From: Bugula neritina | Taxonomy: Eukaryota > Animalia > Bryozoa | Length of the DNA stretch: 64,000 nt | Assembly: GCA_964035545.1 (NCBI GenBank) | Contig: OZ037773.1 | Span: 5,175,751 to 5,239,750 of the forward strand | Reading direction: 5' to 3' | Shown here: positions 34,537 through 48,271 of the stretch, piece after piece | How the letters are laid out: the number at the start of each line of letters is the position of its first letter | Position numbering within the stretch: position 1 is the stretch's first letter | Made by a program: the position numbers and the translations under genes | The notes under the pieces: model-generated | What the model was told of the DNA's origin: nothing | Seen by the model: the letters and a program-made list of their open reading frames with translations, nothing else | The model's database searches: none

Positions 34537-37500
34537 ATGATTGTATTTCTTACTATTTTGTTGGTAGACTTTGGGGTAAGTTTTATTTTGTTGGTAAGTC
34601 TGTACATAGTAATACCTGTAATTGGAGCAAATAGTTAAACTATAATAAATGCCAACATACTTACTCAAGTAAAATATCTAATGCATTCAGTTACTAAAAC
34701 TGAGTCTATTATAAGAAACATACCTCAAGATAAAGTAAAAACTGGAGTCTAAGTTAATACTGTTACTTACAGACTCTATAAATAATGTTTCTTTTATTAG
34801 TGGCAGCGCTATGGACAGTTTGCAGCTGATTGGCTGTCACTTGCATTCTATAATTAGTTTACAGGCCTCAAGTTGATCTCAAATAATAACCAAATGCATG
34901 GCTAATTAATTTCTTTAAAAACATTTGGCTTATATGTGAATCATATTACAAAGCTAACATTGATTTAACATCAGGCTTACATTTGCAAAACAAAGCAAGC
35001 AAATTTTTACAAAAATATTTTACATTTACAATTTTTTTTAGATATTTTAGCTATTGCATAAAATAATTGTTTACATCTCTACATGTGAATGACCTATTTT
35101 GCCACTGACTTTACAATTGCTTTGGTTTAAACATCTTTTAGCTATGTGGGACATCTCAAAACCTTTACTTTCCTCAAGATACCTTAGGCAGAGTGTTAGT
35201 GAGTCCAACTTCAGTTACACTCAGCTCTGTCTCCAGATGTGCAAAACACTGTCTGAGAAATACTGGCTGTAAATCTTTTGCTTATAAGAATTTTACTCAG
35301 GAGTGTTTCTGGTCCAAGTACAACACTTATGTGAGCTCATCAGATACTGATAATGGTTACTCTGATGTGTATGACACAGGTAAGCACTGAGGGCTTGCCT
35401 TCTGATGAATTTACAGTTTTTGTTGTATAAATCAATTATAATAAAATTAACACTTCTTGCATGAAAAGTAATTTAGGTGAGTTAAGGTAATGTGAAATGT
35501 CTACATATATAATATAGATATTTAAACTCCAGAAAAGTTAAATTATATATTTTTACTATAAATCTCCAATAAAAGTAGTGAACAGTGAAAAACAAAATTA
35601 ATAGAAATGGGTTTAATTGTAAGGTTGAGGTTTTGTAGCTATATAATAATTCTTTGATTTTTTCCTAGTTTTACTATTATTATGATTATGTAGATTTTCA
35701 TTACAAAATAAATGCAAAATGCTGCTTTGAAATCAATATAAAATCAAATTAATATCAAAATAACAATAATTGGTAAAAGCAGTCTTTTTTTAAACCATGA
35801 ATTTGCTAAATATTGATTTACGTATATATTTGTATAGAGAATCAAAACATTTCTTGTTTAACAGTAGTTTGAACAGTTGGCTACTTGCCAACTTTCATTA
35901 AGCATATAAGCAAAACAAACTACCAATTTCTGAGCTGTAAACAACCTTCAGCTTTTACCTCTGACATTTATTTCAAAGCAAAGTTGGAGAATTTTTAATG
36001 CGAGTGCGAATAGTTTTACAGCTATAGCATGAAATACTTTTAAAGCATTTGCTTTTATACAATTTTTATTTGCTTTTATTCAAATTGTAGTTTTTTCAGA
36101 TATTTTATACCACCAAGACTGCTCATCTGATATATTATTTGAAAATATACTGCCTCCTAATTATAATAGACCTTAACGTTTACTCTTAGATTACCCGACT
36201 GTGAGTTGTGAAGAAACTTGGGTGAAAAATCCAGTGAAACATACTTGTGTGAAAGCTTTCACCGCAGGCAGAACCTACTCTGAAGCTCAACTCGAGTGTC
36301 TCAACATTGGTGCAGAGCTCTTTGTCATGGAACCAGCTGGGGTCGTTGATTGGTATAAGAAGATAAGTGCAGAGATGTGTAAGAGAATGAATGTCGATTG
36401 AGTTATATGTGGAAGTAATTACCCTCCCCTTCCTCTCCACTGGGAATCAAACCTCAAACTTTTTGACTTGTAAGCCAGCATGCTACCCACTACTATATAG
36501 GGGCTAGTGGGGGAGGCTCAGCAAACTAATTTTGAGTCTTGCAATAAATTAGAATATAGAGGAACACTTGAAGTATATTTTATTTGCTTTCACAGTGAGA
36601 GCTGCACAATTGTTGGTCTCTTTTCATTTAACAATGACTCCATCGAAAGGCAATGCTAATATAACACAGTTTCCTAGCAAAATCAATAAATAAATTAAAC
36701 TAGGTTCAAAAGAACCAGTCGTGGATGATTCCGTTCTATTTTTTAATCTTTGCTGTTTCATGTATTGGTTAATGGATTTTTCTGAGTGCAAATTACAATA
36801 ATATGTTGGCTAAAATTATGATATTGCAAATTTTCTAATGTATGATGTTACATACATATATCCTGCATTATATTCAGAAGAGTAAAACCAAAATGTTTTA
36901 ATCTGAGTTATAAGACCATGTAAACTGATAAACTGTTATATTGAGACCCATTTGATTCACTACAGTTTTTTTATAAGCTGGTGATCAAAATTATATATAA
37001 ATATTTTTAATGAAGATTTTAAATTCTAATGGTTCATATAGGTCGACGTTAGTAAACGCCATTTTAACTTGGTTGATTTATATACCCAATTGAAAGAAAG
37101 GTTTTTAAGTTGGTTAGGATTTATTTTTATTTTGGCAGACTGGATGCCCTTCTTAGCATTACTAAAAACTTTTACTGGGGTTTGAACCATTGACCATGTG
37201 TTAACTATAGGTCAATGCGCTTTGATTAAATATACTTATATTGCCCAAATATGCAATAGATTTTAGTATGAGATGAAAGAATTAATGTACTTCAATTTTT
37301 TTAATATAACCATCCAAAATTTTGCCAAAACTCAATTTTTTTTAGCATGGCAAGCGAACTCTTGGGTAGGAGCAACTAAAAACTTATTGTCTAGCTCTTT
37401 AGAGTACACATGGTCTAATGGCATCAGCCTTGACCCTAGCAACTACTTCTCCAGGCAGCCAGACAACAGCGGGGACTGTATCAGAGTACTATCATCTGGA

Positions 37501-37560
37501 GAATGGGACGACATAAGTTGCAGTGGTATACAAAGATATGTCTGCGAACGGGACTTTTAG
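34537..37560 (+). CDS. Lectin gene 7: signal + PAN + C-type lectin (QPD/WDD)
   Basis: Exons 34537-34575 (MIVFLTILLVDFG), 35142-35379, 36190-36378, 37346-37560. Confidence 0.9.
37120..37220 (-). mobile_element. Degenerate SINE fragment
   Basis: GACTGGATGCCCTTCTTAGCATTAC...GGGGTTTGAACC matches the family centre and B box on the reverse strand. Confidence 0.5.
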
Positions 37561-38805
37561 AATTTGTGCATTGCATTTCCTAATGCAGACTTTATATAAA
37601 ATATAAATTATGTTAACTTAGTAAAGAAAAAGCTTCAGCAAGCTAAGGAGTTTTGATAACTTTTTAACTAGGATCACCTTTTGCTTTAGATTGGATAAAG
37701 TTTAGTTTTAGAATGCGTGGCAAATATAATAAATTTGCCAATAATCAAAATTATAAAAAATTGTTTCAGCACTAACTTCAGCATGTTCTTTTGCAAAAAC
37801 TAAACAACATATTTTTGAAAAAAGTTGATGAATTTAAAAATTGCTGCGAATTTATATAGACTATAAAGTATGTTGTTGTGATAAAAAAGTAACTTCACTA
37901 AACTAAAGATTTTTAATAATCTTTAAACTAAGATTTATAAAGTTTGTTTTAAAATTTGATGTAATAAAGCGCCAAATCAAGAAGTTTGCATTTTAACTTT
38001 AAGCCAATAGCAGCACTGCCTCATACTATTTTCTGCATTAACTGAATAATTTAAAATTTGTTTAGAAAGTATATGAATTTTGTAACTTTGTTTGCTATAC
38101 CATCCTTTTTTACATTGAATCAATGTCAATTTAAAATACTATCATAATGGAAGTTTCCAAATTTAAATTTCTAATTATAACTTGTAAGTTGTCGTTAAGC
38201 GTGAGCAAAATTTATAAATATATCAATTTGCTGTCTTCTTTCACATTAAGTAAAAGATAATTACAATTTTTTTTTACATATTTTAGTATTTGCATGACTG
38301 TCTCAAAAAATAAATTAATCGCAGCTTTTTCCTTTAGTTAATTGCATGGTTCGAGTCCTGAGTTTAATAATTAGCCATTTAGTTAACAAAAATGAGCCTA
38401 TACCTATAGAGTAAACCAACTTTTATCTTTTGGATATGAGCATTTAAATTGGCTGCTGCTAATGCATAGATTAAAAAACAGTATATATCCTGTTGCACAA
38501 CTGTGTATGCTTTCGGATTGTTGCTAACTTCATATTTAATAAAGGTATTGATGAGCTGAACAGATGGTATGCATTACAGCAGGAAATTTGTTTAACTTGC
38601 AAATTCCCCAGATTAAAGATTTCAAATTGAATAGGTACAATCATCACAAGGCAGTTTTACCACCATGCTTGACGAAGCATGTAAATTTGCCCTTATAGTT
38701 ATATCAACAGCTAATATTAGTTTTTCATTACCTTGTTTTACTACAATCCCACACAGTAGACATCATCTTGTGCCTCATACAACTTTTATCAGGACTCAAG
38801 GCACA

Positions 38806-40587
38806 ATGCAAATGTTAATAATATTTATCTTTTCAGCTGCAACAACAGTTAGTTTGGTGAGTAGATTAAATAATTTTAATTTGTCAAACAAGCAAGAAAA
38901 CTTCATTTTTAGCAATTTTTATTAAATTTTAGACGTATGCAGTTTGAACTGCATATCTAAAATTTAATAAAAATTCCAAAAAGTTCTGATCGCGATCAGA
39001 ATTTTTTTGGAAGTATTTTTGGTTTTATTTTATAAAACAAAAAAAAACATGTTTATATGCTTAGTTTTATTCAATGCATATTATAATATATACATAAGTA
39101 ATGTATACATAAGATTATATATTCAAAATATATACTTTTACAAAAAAATAAATAGCTTTAATTTTTAAAAATGTTCTTATGCTTTCAAATCTGTTAAAAA
39201 TGTTATTTTCTGAATGCATTCTAATTATAAATTACAGATAGATGGCTCAGTTACATCGACTTACGTGTCCCAAAATCTTACAGGAAGATATCTGTTCAAC
39301 CCTCAAACGACATCTTCCAAAACTCTTACAGGTTGCTCTAAACAATGTTTGACTCAAACAGGATGCGAGTCATTTGCTTACAGTGTATCTAACAAGCTCT
39401 GCTATTGGTCCCTAACAGTTTCATTGTACAACTCTTCGTACACTGAACAAGGATATGATTATGTATATGATAAACGTAAGTCTACAACTGTTCTTACGTT
39501 TATGCTAACGATATTTAGATGATATTGTGATGCACAGTCATACTTAACACAAAATTGTTAATGGCCTTAATGTTTGTCTTCCACTCAAAAAACTATATTA
39601 TAATATGAATAGGCCTGTAAACAATAATGTTGGAGTTGCCTGATTATCAAAAATAAGCAGTTTCTTTAACTTCTTGCAGATATTCTAACCCAGTGTGCTT
39701 CTGGTTGGGAAAGAAATCCGTTTAGAAAGACTTGCATCAAGTCATTCATTCAAGGAAATGAGGAAATAGCTAGAAGCAACTGTGCGCAAATGGGCGGAGC
39801 TCTAGCTATACTAAATACTGCAGAATCTCTAAATTGGTTTATGGAAGTCAGACAACATCATGAAGGTAATTAGTGTGCATCTTATATGACCTATAGCCTA
39901 TAGCTATGTACACCTGAGCTATAAAGCGTTTATGCTACAACAAACAATTACTCGGTGGAAGGTTTATTAGCAAAGCAGTCGTATATATTCATCTAGAAAG
40001 TCAGAAGTTGCCAATAAGTTTAAATGTGTTTTTGTCAATATCTGTGCAGTTTATTGAGCTTTTTTTAAAATCAATATGTAACTGTATAGATTGTGTGAAT
40101 ATCACTATTCATACTACATTATACGAATATCAATATTTATACTATATATGGCTATATAATATCACTATAAATTTTATATTATATATGACTATTGCTATTC
40201 CTAATACTATAAAGTATAATATATGAGTGTCATCATTTATATATATTACTGTATATGAGTATCACTATTTGTACTTCATAAGGTACATGGGTATTACCAT
40301 GTAAAATATATTTGTGAATATTTTTGTGAGCATATTTTATGTTTAGAAATCATATTGTACTCTATGTAGAATGGCAGGCAGATGCATTGATTGGAGGTAG
40401 AGCATCCAGTTCTGGTGTACTCAAATGGGACGATGGGACCAAAGTTGATATTAGCCATTTTTACACAGGAGAGCCAAATGGCAGTGGAGATTGCCTACAA
40501 GTGTACTTCTTCCCAGGAGCATTCCCTACATTTGATGATGTTACTTGTTCATACACAAGTTCCTACATCTGTGAAAGAGAAACTTAG
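38806..40587 (+). CDS. Lectin gene 8: signal + PAN + C-type lectin (EPN/FDD)
   Basis: Exons 38806-38856 (MQMLIIFIFSAATTVSL), 39238-39475, 39680-39865, 40370-40587. Closest paralogue of gene 6. Confidence 0.9.
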
Positions 40588-41689
40588 GGGAAACCTTCTG
40601 AGGCCTGAGATCAGACTTGTCTCAGAATCACCTGTATTTTAACTCAACACAATGGCTTCAGTTTTGAAAATACGTCATGTTTTGGCATTTGTGTAATTGT
40701 TGTGACAATGTAACTTTTAAAGAATGAATAATTTATTTAAATGTAAAATCTATGTGATAACTCTGATAGTTATCAACTTGTATTTTAGCCAAGCTGGGGG
40801 CTGTACTTTTTTATGTTAGAGTCATTGTCGTTCAAAATATTTGAAGTGGTATATATCAGAGCAAGTATTAATAGAAACTCTTTCTGGCAAAACTCACTTC
40901 TCATATGATGTTTGAATCCCTGACTTAACACACAAATACCACATTAGGTCAACATGCTGATTGCTGCTAATGCTTAGTAATAAGAATTATTAAGAAAATA
41001 ATATCTGTTTACAAGTTTTAGTCTTTCAAACTCTGTATAACTAATAGGAAAAAGTCTGGCAAGAGCGAACAACTCCTGTAGATTTCTCTTGGTAAAAATA
41101 ATATAACAAATATATTAATATAATCATCATAGCGGTATAATGAGCCTGAATTTGCTGGTACATTTGCTTTATTTTATTTAACTTCTACAGTATGTTGATG
41201 GTAAGATGCATGCACTGCAGATTATCATATAACACATCATAGCACTCACGATAAATGATTCCAATTACCTACATAACTTTAAAATAATATGATTCTTCAT
41301 TATTCTTATGTTATATAAACTAAAGATGGAGCATAAACTAATCTGGAGAGAAACTGTATATATTATAACAAATGTCCAAAATATTTGAATAGCATGAGTG
41401 ATAACTTATTGAATGATATTATTATAATGATACTAAGCATCTACATTTAAAATATTTTAATTATTCACGAGCATTAATTTTTATAATGAATTAAAATGAG
41501 GTTTTATATTATGCATCTATGCAAAAAATTAATAATTTATATCATATTCAGTGCTTTTTGGGCGCCATATTAGATATTAGGTATGAAGTTTGCAATTTGT
41601 AAGTTTGTAGATGTGAGACTCCAAAATGTGTCCATAATTCAACACATAATATATAGTATAATGCTCACATCATAAAGGTATAAGTGAAA

Positions 41690-41907
41690 GGGAGCAGCCA
41701 TGGTCTAGGGTTTAGAGCATTTGCTTAGTAAACATAAAGTCATGGGTTTGAGCCCTGACAAAGGCCATTAAGGTGATGCTAGGAAGGGCAATTACTAATA
41801 ATTGCTTCTGTGCCTCATCCGAATAAGTCCTTAGCCCTATTTAACAAAAAACCCTTTCTTCAAGGTTTGCTCACAGGGATGGTGATTATAAACTTGCATG
41901 AGATTTT
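41690..41907 (+). mobile_element. tRNA-derived SINE
   Basis: Full-length copy of the same family. Confidence 0.8.
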
Positions 41908-42252
41908 ACTTAAGTCCCAGTGATGTTTACATTGAGAAGCTGGGCACTTTCAAGTATTAAGTGATATGTCCACTTCTACTTACAGTAACCTATAAACTAT
42001 TTACAACCAAAGTTTTATAGTAGAAAAAAAAGTATAGTATATTATTATGTTAGAGTGCATCTTACAGTGGTTTTCGTGTGATGTGGTATATATTATATAT
42101 TATAGCAGTTAAACAAAGCTTCCCAAATTTAAGCCATAAACTGTTACATTTTTTATTTGAAAATATGATTAAAGGGTTGAGAAGTTTTTTGCAGCTAGAA
42201 TACAGTGAAGAGACTTTTATTTAGTTATCAATTTATTTAATTTAATTACAAT

Positions 42253-42680
42253 AGGCCCTTTTCAGAGATCCCTGATATACCCTTTACAATTAAGAGTTGT
42301 GGTCTCCAAAGGGAATAGGTTGAACCTTTGTATGAAGTGCAAACTCATCAAAAATTTAAAGTTTGACTGCTACTTAGAATTTCAATTATGCTATAAAATT
42401 GTTTTTTTTAGGAGATGGATATTTTGGTCTAAGCACATATATATTAGCAGTTCAAAAGAAATTTTTAAAATATTTCTTCATAGATAATTTTGATAGAAAT
42501 AATTTTAAAAGCACTTATGTGGTTTTGGTTACTGAGCAATGCTAAAGTGGCACTTCAGCATTGATCAGCAACCAAAACCACAAAAATGAGTTCAAGCCTA
42601 TTTTGCTCAACAAATTTCATTTTGGAAGGCCACAACTCTTGTTTGCAAGGAGGAACATTGGGGACCTCTGAAAAGGGTCT
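42253..42680. mobile_element. MITE family A, copy 2
   Basis: Termini AGGCCCTTTTCAGAG...CTCTGAAAAGGGTCT. Colinear with 15319-15708. Confidence 0.7.
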
Positions 42681-42960
42681 ATACAATAATATCTTTGTAT
42701 CCATTATGGCAGCTTTTGATTAAGAATGCGTTGCTACTACATATAAAACCATGAACAATACTTGGACAACATAAAGCCGCAGAATATATTAACGGTAAAA
42801 ATTGAAAATTAAAAAATATTATTGCTTCAATGACGTATTGACAATATTGTATCTCACAATATTAGGCCTAATAGTTGTATGATAGAACATTCACTGTCTG
42901 AAGGGTGTAATCACATTAGAAAAGAGTAATACAAGTATTTTCAAGTATATTACGTTTCAG

Positions 42961-44955
42961 TTACAACAGTTTTAGTCCATGAATTTCAAGCTCATAGATG
43001 TTGAAAAATTCATTCACTTCAACAGCTGTTACTCTCACATATCTACCATACATTCTAGTATGACACGTAACCATAAATATATCTGCTGGTGGTTGTCCAG
43101 GAAGGTAGTCACAGATCTCAGCTTCTGGTGGATCATCAAAGTTAATGTCAGTTTCACCAACTGCTACTCTCACATTGGCCAATCTATCTTCGTTTTCTTA
43201 ATAGAAACAAAGTTTATATAGGTTGACTGTGAACGAATGCAGGGTGCATACTATCAAATACAAACCTCGGGCAATAACTTGAAATGCTAAAAGCAAATGG
43301 TTAAATCTTATGAGCCGCATGTGCAGACGTACCTGGTTTAGGGCTTTCTGATCTGTCCCATATCTTCACACCATCAACATAGTGCCCGGTGAAGAGATCT
43401 ACTTGTATCCATGGAGAGAGCTCTCTTTTTGCATTGTACACAAAATTGCCTGGTTCTGAGAGGCCGTGATCAGAGGGGACATAAATACCATCAATAGCCT
43501 TAGATGCAGGAAAATTGGCATCAAATGTGATACTCATAGATGCGTTTTTGCCTAAAAAATTTAAATTCATCTGAAGACATGGTGTGCATATGAATATTAA
43601 TGCCCTCTGTATTATTTAAGTAGTTAAGTTGTATATAATGTTTGCCAAAAGTGCTTTAAATATGACTAATACCACATCGCATAGTCTTGAATTTTGATAC
43701 TATAGCTTGTTTGTCATTTTAGATGTTGTCAATTGCTTCATAACCTTTTACTACGCAAGTGCACTCTATATTTTAATATATTATAATAAAAAGGCTAACC
43801 TTGTGCAAGTCTAGTAGAAAAAGCATAAACTTGCACATCATTTGAGTAAATCTTCTTAACAGAACACAATCTGTCAGCCTGCTTTGTATAGTTCAACATT
43901 TTTGGTTGATCAGACAGAAAACAGGTTGATGTATTCTTGTCATATGACACAGCAGCACATGATTGGTCAGATTCACATAGAGAGAGACAGCTATCCCAAG
44001 TAGAAATGCTTTGTGATTGGTAGAAGGAAAGTAACTCTGTAAAGACCTCGTCAACAAAGATTCTCTCTCCTCATAAAACAATAAAAAATAATAGTTACAT
44101 ATGAAAAATTCTTTTTATTGAAGCACATAATGTGGTGTTGCAATATGGCTTTTCAATTTATAGTAAGTAGATCATGAAGTTAATAAGATTACCAATTACG
44201 TTTCAAAAACTCTGACAAATGAAATATAACTATATAGTTGGTTGTCTCACTACAATTGTTTACCTGTTAATAGAGTTGTCTTCTCAAAATAGATGTTTTC
44301 ATTCGAATCTCTCACTGTAACATTTCCTAGTGTCACATTAAATAGCTGACAGATCTTTTTCTTTGATTTGAAAAAGCCTGACTGACACTCACTGTTGTGA
44401 AAACTACACTGAATGACGCACTCTGTCATAGACCGCACTACAAAAAATTATATAATGTAATTATAAGCACCAAAACTTTCTGAAATTATACAAATAAGTT
44501 TTAGTATATTATAATTCAGTGAGCAGCAGGGAGGTCTTCCGGTTAGAGTGTTTGCATTGGAAACACGAAGTTATGGGTTCGAACCCCGACAGAGGCCATT
44601 GGTGATGTTAGGAAGAGCATCCAGTTCTATAATCGCTCCTGTGCCTCATCCGAAGAATAATCGCATGAATAAGTTTTAGTATATAATTCAATATATCGGT
44701 TTATGCATCAGAAAACATTTGGCATAAAAAACATTTTGCATAAATATATATGTATTTCTACAAGCTCAAAGCTCTACTGTTTATACTGGAAACCCCATAA
44801 TTACCTTGCATAGCCTTTAAGTTTCCACCCTTGTATATGTCTTGATATACAAAGCTCTTAGCCTGATAGAGCTGATGTTGAGTTGCATCCGCTACAAAAT
44901 AGCAGACTGACAGCACAAGCAAAGCAGAGAAAGACATTGATGTTACTAGCTGCAT
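42961..44955 (-). CDS. Lectin gene 9: signal + PAN/Apple + F-type (fucolectin/FTP-like) domain
   Basis: Exons 44805-44955, 44264-44437 (ECVIQC...CQSGFF...ICQL), 43333-43551 (GKNASMS...ASKAIDG...PWIQVDL...VKIWDR), 42961-43196 (RLANVRVAVG...C...C...GRYVRV...ELEIHG). All phase-1 junctions. Confidence 0.85.
44521..44668 (+). mobile_element. tRNA-derived SINE, internally deleted
   Basis: Same head and centre as the other copies, flanked by a duplicated AATAAGTTTTAGTATAT. Lies in intron 1 of gene 9. Confidence 0.75.
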
Positions 44956-45269
44956 TGTTGTTGAATGAGTGACGTGTTAGTTAGACTGGACATTAAAATA
45001 AAAATTTGTCTTTGTATTGATGTCACTATAGCAGCATTGTTGTTGAATAAAAAACATTTGAGATAAACTGGACATTAGAGCAAAAATTGGTGCTTGAAAT
45101 GAATTTAAATTATAAATTATCCATCAGTTTTGACAAATAACAAAACTTTAAAAATATAATGCTGATTATTTATTCATAACAAGTGAAAGAGCATTTAGTA
45201 CACTGTGCTTCACATTATATCTTTTATTACATTGTCTAGTTGACCATCACCATAATATTACAATATAAC

Positions 45270-45468
45270 GAAGCAGCTGGGTCTTGGAGTTGAAGCCTTG
45301 GCTTAGTAAGCACGGAGTCATGGGTTTGAAGCCCAAAAAGGCCATTGGTGGTGTTAGGAAGAGCATCCAGTCATAATTGCTCCTGTGCCTCATTTAAAAT
45401 AACTCCTTAGCCCGTTTTAACAAAAACCACTTTCATCAGGGGTTTCTCACAGGAATAGTGACTATATA
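45270..45468 (+). mobile_element. tRNA-derived SINE
   Basis: Diverged copy of the same family. Confidence 0.75.
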
Positions 45469-46000
45469 TAAGTTTTTAAAAGTTTTTATTAGTTCCATGT
45501 TATACACAGCAGATATGAAACTTTTATCTTGTTTAAGAAAAGGAATATTATATTATAACATAATTCAAAGGCATTTAAATAGTTAGCAAGGATGCGTTAT
45601 TATATTGAATAATATATACTGATACTATGTACATAAGTATTTGCAATAGAAATATTTCAATTATTCAGAAGTCTTAATTTATAATAAATAAAGATGAACA
45701 TTTATAAATCGATACAAAAACTATAAATAATTTATATTAAAATTAGTATTTTTAGGCAACACATTATATAAAGTTTGCAAGTACAAAGTTCCACATGTAA
45801 ATGCGAAGCCCCCATGAGTGCATATTCTATAATTCAACGCGTAGAAATATGCCTATATCAAACATACCAGTGGTGTTTATATGATAAAAGTTGTATTTGA
45901 AAAAATTGATAGATGCATCTAAATAAATGAATTGACAAAGTTTTGTATGCCGCAATAATAGACCTCGTATATACTCTTATTAAATTATGCAGTAACAATA

Positions 46001-46208
46001 GGTGGTCTAGGGGTTAAAGTGTTTAATTGCCTAGTAAACACGAAGTCATAGGTTTGAACCCCAGTAAAGGCCATTGGTAATGTTAGGAAGACCATCCAGT
46101 CATAATTGCTCCTGTGCCTCATTTGATTAAGTCCTTAGCCGTTCTAACAAAAACCTTTTCCATCAGAGGTTTCTCACAGGGATAGTAACTATATAAACAT
46201 GCGTGAGT
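46001..46208 (+). mobile_element. tRNA-derived SINE
   Basis: Slightly 5'-truncated copy of the same family. Confidence 0.75.
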
Positions 46209-48271
46209 ATTATAATAGGTATGTAATGGTATACAAATAACTGGCAATAGTTGTTAGGGTTTAGTACTATTGCATTTCAAATGCTGCTGATACACATAAG
46301 CAAGTTTCGCTAAAAGTTTATACACATCTTAAGAGACACCTGTTAACCTGTGATAACATTAGTTATGAACTTGTGCTTATGTTTGTATATATACAGCCCA
46401 AAACCTTTACTACCAGTTGTTATTGATATTATAAAAAGATAACCATTCTAGTGAGAACATTGCTTAACCATAACTTTGAGATTTTTCAATGGTATAAATA
46501 AAGCAAAGGCAACAACTTTGAATTTGTCTTCTCATGCTTGAACTTGATAATTAATTATAAATCTATTGCCAATTATCTTTCCATGCTCAAACGCAATCAT
46601 ATTATTTATATCAGTCTGTTTATTTCTGGTATGGACTGTAAGGTTAGCCCAGCTTACCAGGCTCACGCTAGAATCACAAGCTTTCAACTAATACACTTGA
46701 ATACTTAAACTTATTTTGACGTGGTTCAAAATGGCTCAGTCTTAGTTGTCGATTCCCACCTTGTCACATTACTAACACTGCTGTGAAGAACAATGTCAAA
46801 TTTGACACTTATCATATTATCTGAAAGTTGAGTAGCGGCAAAGGTCAAGACTGACTTTAATCCTTGCTAGCTTACAATTGCAGTGTTTTATATGATCCAG
46901 TTACACTAAGAAACTTACTGGAGCAGACAACATTAGTGGTAATGTTGATGATGTCATGTCAGTATACCGAGGTCAAACCTCACATTTATCATTATATTAT
47001 TTTATTGATATATATACTATCAATCCTATTGCTTTTTTTATTAAATCTGACTGCTTTTTGGAGAACCAGCAACTCTGATATGCTGTTTTCTCTTGGTTCT
47101 GCAGATCTCTTTTTGCAGTGGTTTCTTGTGGACCAGTTATATAATACTATAGTGTTAATTGTTAACGTCTCTATAGAAAGTATTATATAGCTTATAATAA
47201 TATATTATTTTGTTTGCTTGTTGCTACATATGTTTCTTAGTTTCAATCACATGTATGCAGTAGCCTAGAATTGTTTGCTGGTCAAACTAGTTAAATGATG
47301 TTTGCATAGAAAAACCAGCTACAGTGCAGTTCTTACTTGAGAACAAAGAATAAGATCTTGAACTTATTTATTTCCTTAATTAATGGAAACTGAGGTGTTA
47401 ATTCAAAAACCAGTAAAAAGTCATTATCTATACATTCAGCTAAAAACAATTATAAATCAAATCTAAAAATAGCAATTTATATTTTAATTAAATGCAATAA
47501 TCATTAAAAGAAGTGGCTATGTATATACATTCAGCTAAAAGCAATATTAATTTCAAACCTAAAAATAGAAATTTCCATTTTACCAAAACCAGATGGGACA
47601 AAATACTTGGCCATACCAGGCAGAGCACTTAATCATAATTTCTCCTGCGCCCCAGTGAAAGCTTTCATAACAAGCTGTAAGCATATTATAGTGAGAGGCC
47701 TGCTTAACCCACTTCAAAACTCTTGTAATACAAATTTCCTGAGAAAAAAAACTATAATGCAAGTTTTGCGTACACTTTCACCAACTGTTCAAACATGATT
47801 TGCTTTTTAATACTATCCCAAAACCTTTTCTACAGACTGGTTTTTGTCTATTAATCTACGCAGCTTTTGGTACTTGAAAATACACAATAATCAATTAGAG
47901 CTGCGTTATTTTTAACGCAGAAAAAATACTTTTTCTATTTCTAACTTCATAGTTTACTTTGCGCAAGCAAAATATTTAGCTAAAGATTGCAAGCTGAGCC
48001 CTTTTGCAGGTAGCTTTGAACATTATACAATAAACAGACTAATCTTCCAATAACACTCAGTATACAATTCTGAAATTCTTTTAGCCCAGGAAGTGTATAT
48101 AACTGATCAATATGCATGTCATGGGATTTCATGTATTATTGACTTTTTTAAACATTGAACCAATTGGGTGACTGCCAGGTTTAAATGTTAGTGAGGTAGA
48201 GGATCATACCTTATTGCTAATTTTGTAACAAACAGCCACCGCTCTTCATCAGCTGTTTCTACATCAATATA

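Noticed and set aside
43893-44081. ORF inside intron 2 of gene 9
   Set aside because: It has no recognisable motif, and the flanking exons join in frame without it.
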